This document shows, one piece after another, positions 57,092 through 64,000 of a DNA stretch of 64,000 nt. This DNA is from a bacterium (GTDB lineage: Bacteria; T1Sed10-126). Position 1 is the first letter of the stretch. Every line of letters begins with the position of its first letter. The stretch spans positions 9,289-73,288 of the forward strand of contig PWHN01000099.1 in the NCBI GenBank assembly GCA_003554945.1, read 5' to 3'. The translations under genes and the position numbers were made by a program. The notes under the pieces were generated by a model, which was not told the origin of the DNA, searched no databases, and was given only the letters and a program-made list of their open reading frames with translations.

Positions 57092-57766
57092 TCATTCGAT
57101 GCCGCGACTAAAGTGTGTCTGGCCCGGCTGTAGAACAATCACTTCTGCTTCGTAGCCGACCAGCTTTTTGAACTTTTCCGGGTCCTGGCTTATCGGTTCA
57201 AAAGTGTTGTAGTGCATTGGTATTACCTGGCTAACGCCCAGCATCTCGACGGCGCGGCTTGCGCTCGGGGGCCCCATGGTAAAGCGATCTCCGATCGGCA
57301 GTAGCGCAAGCTCGGGTTCAAGCATCTCGCCGATCAGCTCCATGTCGGAGAACAGTCCCGTGTCTCCGGCGTGATAGACGTTTAACTCAGGTGTTTCAAT
57401 GACAAAGCCGCACTGGTGACCGAGGGCGCCGGAAGAATGTAGTGCTTCGGTCATGTGAAATTTGACCTCTTCACCGCTAACACTCCCCCCAATATTCATC
57501 GGTTCTACATCGCTAACCCCCTGCTCGCTGGCGTCGACGGTAATTTCATAATTGGCAACCAGTGTTGCCCCGGTATTTTTGCAAATTTTCACCGCCTGTC
57601 CGTAGTGGTCATCGTGGCCGTGGGTAACCGTTACGTAGTCGGCCGACTTTATTTCATCAACTTCTATTGGACAGAGCTCGTTGCCTTCGATGAACGGATC
57701 CACGTAAATTTTGTCATTCTCAGTCTCCAATTTAAAAAAGGCGTGACCGTACCATGTTACTTCCAC
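57092..57766 (-). CDS. Metallo-beta-lactamase-fold metal-dependent hydrolase (UPF0173-like)
   Basis: MEVTWYGHAFFKLE...IYVDPF and HGHDDHYG (the HxHxDH motif). Confidence 0.7.
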   Translation of the reverse strand: MEVTWYGHAFFKLETENDKIYVDPFIEGNELCPIEVDEIKSADYVTVTHGHDDHYGQAVKICKNTGATLVANYEITVDASEQGVSDVEPMNIGGSVSGEEVKFHMTEALHSSGALGHQCGFVIETPELNVYHAGDTGLFSDMELIGEMLEPELALLPIGDRFTMGPPSASRAVEMLGVSQVIPMHYNTFEPISQDPEKFKKLVGYEAEVIVLQPGQTHFSRGIE

Positions 57767-58153
57767 TGCAATTCACCTCTAAAATAAATGTTAGACGCAG
57801 ATAAACTATGTCGGGATAAAATGAAGGTTGGGGTAAGAGGATTTGAAGACAGGAGTGCGCCGCTCTCTTCTACAATCGACATTTTTTGTCCCACCGGTAT
57901 TTTCTGGTATATTCGTTCTCTCTTCTCTGGCTGCTGTGTCTAAGGCTGTCTTTGTCGATCTATTTTCGTCTATTTATAGTTTACAATCTATTCCGAGAAA
58001 TTTCCAGTTTTGATTTTATCAGAACCCTCCACCGATTTCGTCATTGCCGGGCTTGACCCGGCAATCCATCTTGAATATACCATAGATTCCGGGTCTGCGG
58101 TCGCTACGCTCCCTTGCCCGGAATGACGTTGGAAGGTTTTGTGATTTTATTTT

Positions 58154-59152
58154 TCATTTTTTTATCACTAAATCGTTCCAGATATACTCTGGTTCCATGC
58201 ACAAACCGACGCGCAGATTTTCTACCGGCAGCCAGTTTAAGAATTTGCGGTAGGCTGCCGTTCGGCGAAAACGCGGGTATCTGTATTTGCCGTCCGGCCC
58301 CCGCACAAACTCGTCCCGAATAAAATCACGCCCCGGGAATCGCTTCTCAATTGTTTGATCAAGACCGGCCGGGAAACGAAAACAACCCAAAATGATATAC
58401 TGCAGTTGTTTGGGGTTTATTTCTGCGAAAATATGTTCCACCAACTGTCGGTATTCTTCTTCCCAGTCTCTTTGAAGAATAATTGGATCCAGTCGCAAGG
58501 CGCAGTTAAAACCGGCCTCGGCCAGGCGCTTGAGTGCCTTTATACGCTCTTTGGGCGCCGCGGTTCGAAGCTCAATACGGCGGGCAACCGATGGCGGGCT
58601 TAGTGTCCAGGCAAAAGTAACGTTTTTCAGCGGCATCAATTCTCTAAGCACCGGCCCTACATTTATGCTTTTACTCCGAATTTCAAGCCTTACCTGTTCG
58701 TTTTTTTGAAACAAGTTCCAGATGAAGGGCAAAAAATGCATTACCGGCTCCAGCTCTAATCCGTCACTCAGCTCACCGAGACTGAAGTATTTCTCGCCCG
58801 TTTTTATCCGCTGCTCTATTTCCTGATAGATAAGCTCATAATTTACAGTCGCTCTCGGTACCGATTCCTGCAGGTAAGTCAGCAGGTAGCAGTAGCAGCA
58901 GTCAAAGGGACAGCCTTCTACCGGGCTGATACAGTTTTCGGCCCGGTCAGGCAGGGGCGGGTGGTGTTCCCATTTATTTACGTGTGAACTCGAAACTGCG
59001 TTTAACACCAGGCTCTGTCTGGAATTCTGCTCAATCTCATCCGGACTCAACACCTCTATACCCAGCCGTTCGGCACGTTCAATTATTTCGCGGCCCCGTT
59101 TTGTATTTCTGGCCTCCCGTTCCACCAGAAGACGTTTAAGTCCGGTTTTCAA
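58154..59152 (-). CDS. Spore-photoproduct-lyase-like radical SAM protein
   Basis: The CPFDCCYCYL cluster gives a Cx3Cx2C arrangement. Overall length and acidic/basic pattern resemble SplB-family DNA-repair radical SAM enzymes. Confidence 0.55.
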   Translation of the reverse strand: MKTGLKRLLVEREARNTKRGREIIERAERLGIEVLSPDEIEQNSRQSLVLNAVSSSHVNKWEHHPPLPDRAENCISPVEGCPFDCCYCYLLTYLQESVPRATVNYELIYQEIEQRIKTGEKYFSLGELSDGLELEPVMHFLPFIWNLFQKNEQVRLEIRSKSINVGPVLRELMPLKNVTFAWTLSPPSVARRIELRTAAPKERIKALKRLAEAGFNCALRLDPIILQRDWEEEYRQLVEHIFAEINPKQLQYIILGCFRFPAGLDQTIEKRFPGRDFIRDEFVRGPDGKYRYPRFRRTAAYRKFLNWLPVENLRVGLCMEPEYIWNDLVIKK

Positions 59153-60060
59153 ACCAGATCAAACAGCCGGCGACATTTTTTGATTGCGCGGAGGAGCTTC
59201 TCAAAATCTTCCTCTTTTGACCAGCGAAAAGAAAAATCGAGGTAATCTCCTTCAAAATTTTGTGGCGGTTTTACATTTATTCGCCCGTCAAGATCCAGCT
59301 CCTCCAATTTTTTAGAAAAATTTTCTCGGTAGTTGGTAAGTTCTGGGTAAGCTCTTTTGTTAATTCCATTAAGCAGCTTTTCAGTCTGTTTTTTTAGGTC
59401 ATCTTTTGATTCTAAACAGCTGCGAGCAAGACCGATAATTTCAGGTAATTCGTCTCTGGGCAGCCGCCGCACGGCTGTGCTTAACTGCCTTGCTTCCTGC
59501 ACTGTCAGCCGCAGTCGCTGTTCGGCCAGTGCTTGTGTTAGAAGCGTAAACAGCTCTTCAGGAAGGTCATTCAGCTGATAGAAGAGGTTGATGCTGATCT
59601 GCTCGTCCTGCAGCTGTTTTTGCAGCTCTGAGGGCAATTGTGGGAAAGCGAGGTATGTCTCAATCCACTGCTCAGCAGGGGGGATTTGCAGTGATTGACT
59701 GGCCAGTTGTTTCAGTTGGCTTGTTGTAGATTTTTTTTTATTTTTTAAAAAATTGAGCACATATCCCTTTTCCAGGGCACTAATTCGGTCGACTTGTTGC
59801 CACAGTTCGAGTGTCAACTCAATATGGGAAGGTTGAGTCTCTTCAACCAGCAGCAGCGGCCCTCTGTTTTCGCTCGTTTGGGCGAATTTTCGCGGCTGCC
59901 AGAGGACTTTCAATTCAGACCCTTCATCGACCACCCAGGTGGGAAGCAGTTTTTGCTGTTCAGCTCTTTTTTCATCTGATAATTTTTCTTGTCTGGCGTA
60001 ATCCAGCAGAGGGCTGGTTTTAAGCTGGCCGTTCGCTTGGGAAATGGCGGTAATTTTCAT
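59149..60060 (-). CDS. Hypothetical protein
   Basis: 303-aa ORF overlapping the downstream radical-SAM gene by 4 nt. No motif recognised. Confidence 0.5.
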   Translation of the reverse strand: MKITAISQANGQLKTSPLLDYARQEKLSDEKRAEQQKLLPTWVVDEGSELKVLWQPRKFAQTSENRGPLLLVEETQPSHIELTLELWQQVDRISALEKGYVLNFLKNKKKSTTSQLKQLASQSLQIPPAEQWIETYLAFPQLPSELQKQLQDEQISINLFYQLNDLPEELFTLLTQALAEQRLRLTVQEARQLSTAVRRLPRDELPEIIGLARSCLESKDDLKKQTEKLLNGINKRAYPELTNYRENFSKKLEELDLDGRINVKPPQNFEGDYLDFSFRWSKEEDFEKLLRAIKKCRRLFDLV

Positions 60061-60079
60061 TCGGGTTTCAGATTAGAAG

Positions 60080-60463
60080 TCAAGAAGAGACCCCGGGAGA
60101 AAATTCAGGGGCCCTGAGTGCCTCTTCCAGGTCGAGAACGTCATCAAAATCCTCAATGCTGTCCTCGTCTTGTTTGGTCATCAGTCCGGCATCAATGAGC
60201 AGGTAGACAATTTCGCCGAGATCGCTGGTTGAAAATACGCCCCATTCCTGGAAAACAGTGTGAGCCAAATCGCCAAACTCCTGGCGGGCGTAAGCGACCA
60301 GCATCTCGGTAAATTCCTGGCCGCTTAAATGACGTCGTTGGCCCAGTTCGACAAAAGACCACTGGATCCCGTTGAGGACGAACAGAAGTGCCTCGCGGGG
60401 ATAACGCTTGTCACGTTGAGAGAGCTCTGTCATTTTTTGTAATATGTCTCCATTGTTACTCAT
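60080..60463 (-). CDS. Hypothetical small acidic protein
   Basis: 127-aa ORF between nadK and the 303-aa ORF, on the same strand and tightly spaced. Confidence 0.45.
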   Translation of the reverse strand: MSNNGDILQKMTELSQRDKRYPREALLFVLNGIQWSFVELGQRRHLSGQEFTEMLVAYARQEFGDLAHTVFQEWGVFSTSDLGEIVYLLIDAGLMTKQDEDSIEDFDDVLDLEEALRAPEFSPGVSS

Positions 60464-60484
60464 CTTATCATCATACTCCTCTGT

Positions 60485-61333
60485 TTACGTTCTTCCGCTC
60501 CATTGGAGTTTTGAGGCCAGAAGCTCATAAAAACTGAGCTCTGGTGGAACTATGAGCGAGGTCGTGCAGTCAGCTTTCCTAACCCGGGCAATGTCACCAT
60601 TGCTCAGGTTAGTTATTTTTTTTTGGCCATCGGCAATCAGGTGACACCTGTCGTCGGTCAGTAACTCCAGTTCTATCTCACTGTCCGGCGGCAGTATTAA
60701 CGGCCGGTTGGTCAATGTGTGCGGGCAGATGGGGTTCAGGATAAGAGAATCCATCTCCGGGTGAACAATCGGTCCGTTGGCCGCTAGATTATAAGCGGTG
60801 GAACCGGTCGGTGTACTGATTAATATACCGTCGCAGACAAAACGAGTTACCAAATCGTCATTCACCCGCGCCTCTATTTCAACCACTCTACCATGCTTTT
60901 CGCGGCTTAATACCATGTCGTTCAAAGCCAGCATTTCACTTCCGTTATCGCTGGTTTGACCGCGCAACATTGAACGTTCGCTAACTTTGTATTTATTGTT
61001 TATTATTCGAGGCAACGCCGTTTCCAGACCCTCCAGGGTTGTCTCCGTTAAAAACCCTAACTGACCGGAATTTATTCCTAAAATTGGCGTCCCTGCCTCG
61101 GCCAACTGGGCCGCTATTCTCAGGATTGAGCCGTCGCCACCAAACACAATCACTACTTCACAGGTTTTTCCAATCTCTTCAACACTTAATTTTTCCAGCT
61201 CTGCCCCTGTTTTCTCAGGCGCCTCCTCCTCAACGTAAACTTCGCAGTCCTTCTCTACCAGCCAGTTAATCGCTTGCTCGACCCGGTCATAAACTTCAAT
61301 TTTTTTAGGATTGAGCACAATACCTATTTTCAT
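60485..61333 (-). CDS. nadK: NAD kinase
   Basis: VIVFGGDGSILR carries the GGDG motif; NDMVLSR; a DGILISTPTGSTAYNLAANGPI-type region. Confidence 0.85.
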   Translation of the reverse strand: MKIGIVLNPKKIEVYDRVEQAINWLVEKDCEVYVEEEAPEKTGAELEKLSVEEIGKTCEVVIVFGGDGSILRIAAQLAEAGTPILGINSGQLGFLTETTLEGLETALPRIINNKYKVSERSMLRGQTSDNGSEMLALNDMVLSREKHGRVVEIEARVNDDLVTRFVCDGILISTPTGSTAYNLAANGPIVHPEMDSLILNPICPHTLTNRPLILPPDSEIELELLTDDRCHLIADGQKKITNLSNGDIARVRKADCTTSLIVPPELSFYELLASKLQWSGRT

Positions 61334-61534
61334 TTATGAACTTACCTTTCTCGGTTTGTATCCCGCTGAGGCTCTCTTGCTCAAATATTATATCAAACCA
61401 GCCGTAAAAGCCCAGACAGTAAACTTTCAAAACCTTTTTTCTAACTAAAGCTTTGTGTTTTGCAAGCAAGATAGTCTATATCTTTCTCTATGCGTTTATT
61501 TTTGGTCAAGTAGAGATTGGACCCTAATTTGTAA

Positions 61535-61680
61535 AAAAAGAAGCAGTAGTTCTGAGGACCGATGTGTTTCTGACGGATTTATAACGACCTCAGACCCCAG
61601 GATGGGGTTGTTTTGAGGTCTTTATACCTCGGAAGTGGCCTGGAGGGCCACGAGAATGATGTCAGAAATATATCGGTCCT
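61535..61680. other. Large structured inverted-repeat element (candidate ncRNA or cruciform) next to the DnaA-box cluster
   Basis: Outer arms agtagttctgaggaccgatgtgtttctgac and gtcagaaatatatcggtcctcagaacgggg. Inner hairpins gacctcagaccccaggatggggttgttttgaggtc and gtggcctggagggccac. Confidence 0.35.
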
Positions 61681-61722
61681 CAGAACGGGGAAACTGCAAA
61701 ACTTGAGTTTCTAAACAAGCCT

Positions 61723-61806
61723 GTGGATAAACTGTGAATAAGACGGCGGTCACTTGTGAGTTGGTCTGTGGATAAAACCTATATTTTGTTGATAAACTGT
61801 GGATAA
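61723..61806. promoter_or_regulatory. Cluster of same-orientation DnaA boxes (TGTGGATAA = reverse complement of TTATCCACA)
   Basis: Perfect boxes at 61723-61731, 61767-61775 and 61798-61806. One-mismatch boxes TGTGAATAA at 61733-61741 and TGTTGATAA at 61787-61795. An AT-rich stretch follows at about 61810-61950. Confidence 0.55.
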
Positions 61807-62092
61807 ATTGTAAACAACTGCTCTGTTTTCGGATTCGCTAATTATTTTCGGTTTTGATAATCGAAAAATTGTCATTATCAGGATGTAATTCACTTAAAGC
61901 TTTTTATAGCTATTAACATGTAAAAAGCGCTTATGCGGGATTTAGGTGTTTTGATATAGGAAAACATTTAGTAATTACTGCGAAACGAGGGATCAATTTT
62001 AGTCGGAGTTTAAAGGGCCACCGGCGGGGCGGGCGGATTTTGGGGAGAGGTTCTTTGAGTGAGTTCAGAAAAAAAGGAGGGGCAGTTAACTA

Positions 62093-62512
62093 TCAGGTTA
62101 TTTTTTCTCCGGTGGTGGACATGGAAAGTTTTGCATGAATTACCCCTTTCGTGCTTCGCAGTCTGTTGCTAACTTCTTTTAATTTATCAGCCGGGCCGCT
62201 AACTGCTAAAACTTCAAGACAGTTGTGGGCGTCCAGATGAATATGTGTGCTGGAGATTATTTCATCCGTGTAATCGTGTTGTATACTGGTAAGTTGTGAC
62301 AATAATTCGCGTGTGTGATGGTTGTAAACTAAGGATATTGTGCCAACACAGCGTTCGTTCCCCTCTTTCCATTCGGAGTGAACCAGGGCCTCGCGAATCA
62401 GGTCGCGGATTGCCTCGGAACGGCTGGAGTAGTTTTGGCTTTCAATTAATTTATCAAATTCATTCAAGAGTTGTTCGGACAGGGAAACGCCAAATCTTTT
62501 CGTTTCTCCCAT
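62093..62512 (-). CDS. nikR: Nickel-responsive regulator NikR
   Basis: RHH N-terminus MGETKRFGVSLSEQLLNEFDKLI, and C-terminal metal-binding histidines (HHTRE...HIHLDAHNCLEV). An AGGAGG RBS 7 nt upstream of this ATG is why the longer TTG start was rejected. Confidence 0.8.
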   Translation of the reverse strand: MGETKRFGVSLSEQLLNEFDKLIESQNYSSRSEAIRDLIREALVHSEWKEGNERCVGTISLVYNHHTRELLSQLTSIQHDYTDEIISSTHIHLDAHNCLEVLAVSGPADKLKEVSNRLRSTKGVIHAKLSMSTTGEKIT

Positions 62513-62526
62513 TTTTTGACCTCCTA

Positions 62527-63555
62527 TCAACAGATACGGGGTAGTTGTTCTCCGCTTTTAACTTCCAGCACTCTGTCAACACCAAAGGCGCTGCGGGCGC
62601 TGACCAGGTTTTTGTTATCTGCTGTAACTTCGCCAATTGTGGTTGCATCCTGCGTGACTTCCAATTGAGATAAAACTTTGATAGTTTTATCTTCCTCATC
62701 GGGCGGTACGACGACTACCATGCGACCCTCACAGGCTGAGTAAAAGGGGTCCAGGCCTAAAATTTCACAGACGGCGGCCACCTCTTTCTTGACGGGGACA
62801 GCTTCCCGGTCAATACTTATTCCGATTTTTTTGTTGAGCAGCTCGTTTAAGTTAGTGGCCAGTCCTCCGCGTGTCAAATCTCTCATACAGCGCGGCTCTA
62901 TTCCGGCTTTTATAAGCGCCTCAACTGCCGGCCAGAGCGGCGCACAGTCACTTTTTATCTCGCTTTCAAATTCCAGACCTTCACGACGCGACAGCACGGC
63001 CATGCCGTGACTTCCGACGTCTCCGCTCAATACTATTTTATCGCCTGCTTTAATTGCCGCGGGTCCGGAATTTTCTTTTAACAGCACCTCCCCTACTCCA
63101 GCCGTGTTAATGTAGATGCCGTCCGCTTTGCCACGTTCGACTACTTTTGTGTCCCCGGTGACTATTTTTGTCCCGGCAACCTCTGCTGCGTGTTGCATCG
63201 ACTCTATAATTTTTTTAAACTTTTCAAGGGAAAAACCTTCCTCGATTATCAGACCAGCGCTTAGCAGGCGGGGGCGGGCTCCACACATTGCCAGGTCATT
63301 TACGGTTCCCCAGACGGCCAGCTTACCGATGTCTCCGCCCGGAAAAAATAGTGGTGTGACGACAAAGGAATCCGTGGTAAAAGCCAGCCGTTTATTTTCG
63401 GTTTCAAAGACTGCCCCGTCGTGCCTCTGCCGGAGATGTTCGTTGTCAAAATTTGGAAAAATCAATCCCTCCAGCAGTTGGTGGGTAAGCTTCCCGCCGC
63501 CGCCGTGGGAAAGCTGGACTTCATCATACTTTTCAACAGAACTTACCGATGACAT
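62527..63555 (-). CDS. hypE: Hydrogenase maturation protein HypE
   Basis: PurM-like fold, a glycine-rich N-terminus (LSHGGGGKL), and the invariant C-terminal ...PRIC. Confidence 0.85.
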   Translation of the reverse strand: MSSVSSVEKYDEVQLSHGGGGKLTHQLLEGLIFPNFDNEHLRQRHDGAVFETENKRLAFTTDSFVVTPLFFPGGDIGKLAVWGTVNDLAMCGARPRLLSAGLIIEEGFSLEKFKKIIESMQHAAEVAGTKIVTGDTKVVERGKADGIYINTAGVGEVLLKENSGPAAIKAGDKIVLSGDVGSHGMAVLSRREGLEFESEIKSDCAPLWPAVEALIKAGIEPRCMRDLTRGGLATNLNELLNKKIGISIDREAVPVKKEVAAVCEILGLDPFYSACEGRMVVVVPPDEEDKTIKVLSQLEVTQDATTIGEVTADNKNLVSARSAFGVDRVLEVKSGEQLPRIC

Positions 63556-63740
63556 TCCGGATCACCGAGCACTCAATCGAGAGCGCAGGCTACAAGTAAC
63601 GTCAAACATAGCCGTCACCCCGATGAAAATGGATAGTTGTTTTTTAGCCTGGTTAAACGGCATCTTTTGAATTTGCCTCGGAGTTTTCAGGATCGATTGA
63701 GTGCATCGGGTAGTTTCGGAATCAATGGTCTCAGTTTTTT

Positions 63741-64000
63741 TCATTTCGTCGCTATTGCCTCGATTTCCAGATTGACTCCCCTGGGTAGGGCTTTAACCTC
63801 AACTACTGAGCGAGCCGGCAGTGATTTGGCAAAATAATCGCTGTATATTTCGTTCAACTCATCGTAAAGCGAAAGGTCGGTCAGATATACAGTTGTCTTT
63901 ACAATACTTTCTCGCGAGCCTCCCCCCGCTTCCACCACGGCCAGCAGATTTTCAAGTACCTGCCGGGCCTCTTCTCGAAAACTTCCCGTCACTAACTCTC
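63741..64000 (-). CDS. ridA: RidA/YjgF/L-PSP family protein (N-terminal part lies beyond the window end)
   Basis: ARQVLENLLAVVEAGGGSRESIVKTTVYLTDLSLYDELNEIYSDYF...ARSVVEVKALPRGVNLEIEAIA. The frame is open to position 64000. Confidence 0.7.
   Translation of the reverse strand, partial: ELVTGSFREEARQVLENLLAVVEAGGGSRESIVKTTVYLTDLSLYDELNEIYSDYFAKSLPARSVVEVKALPRGVNLEIEAIATK

Noticed and set aside
62513-62530. Longer nikR start (MIGGQKM...)
   Set aside because: An AGGAGG RBS sits 7 nt upstream of the internal ATG at 62512, and NikR proteins begin at the RHH strand. The TTG extension would also overlap the hypE stop.
1-64000. tRNA, rRNA, tmRNA and riboswitch search
   Set aside because: Scanning for T-loop GTTCGAATC/GTTCAAATC contexts, rRNA-like conserved blocks, and T-box or glycine-riboswitch cores upstream of argS and glyA found nothing convincing. 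The ttcgaatcaagg hits are the flagellin leader hairpins.

Overview
This 64-kb segment looks like ordinary chromosomal DNA from an anaerobe-like, moderately GC bacterium. It carries hydrogenase maturation (hypE), nikR and a 2-oxoacid:ferredoxin oxidoreductase. Genes are densely packed on both strands. Housekeeping genes recognised: glyA, ftsH, ruvAB, argS, rho, nadK and an fmt-like formyltransferase. A late flagellar locus spans about 28-45 kb: flgN-flgK-flgL, fliW-csrA, four flagellin paralogs plus flaG, then a GT9-like transferase and a DUF115/Maf-like flagellin-modification gene. A reductive heterocycle-catabolism-like trio (fused PreT/PreA-type dihydropyrimidine-dehydrogenase-like Fe-S flavoprotein, ATZ/TRZ amidohydrolase, HD-GYP) lies at 16-22 kb. 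An ExeA-like ATPase/peptidoglycan-binding gene is at 54-56 kb. No rRNA, tRNA or CRISPR array was found. Intergenic regions are rich in three repeat classes: (i) a REP-like hairpin family carrying GGAATGACG/CGTCATT flanks, partly assembled into a ~240-bp composite repeat that sits immediately upstream of two unrelated genes; (ii) G-run palindromes (CCCCCTTGAAGGGGG-type) clustered in long intergenic spacers; (iii) a 24-bp tandem repeat. The most unusual signals are in the flagellin region: conserved AAGGA-loop hairpins plus Shine-Dalgarno GGA motifs in flagellin 5'UTRs (FliW-CsrA partner-switch targets); a candidate GGA-rich small RNA with a sigma70-like promoter and terminator directly downstream of csrA; and paralog-specific long inverted repeats bracketing three of the four flagellin genes. 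A cluster of same-orientation DnaA boxes with a flanking AT-rich stretch and a large structured inverted-repeat element lies between nadK and nikR and may mark oriC or a DnaA-regulatory locus. All protein calls rest on motif recognition by eye; no database search was possible.
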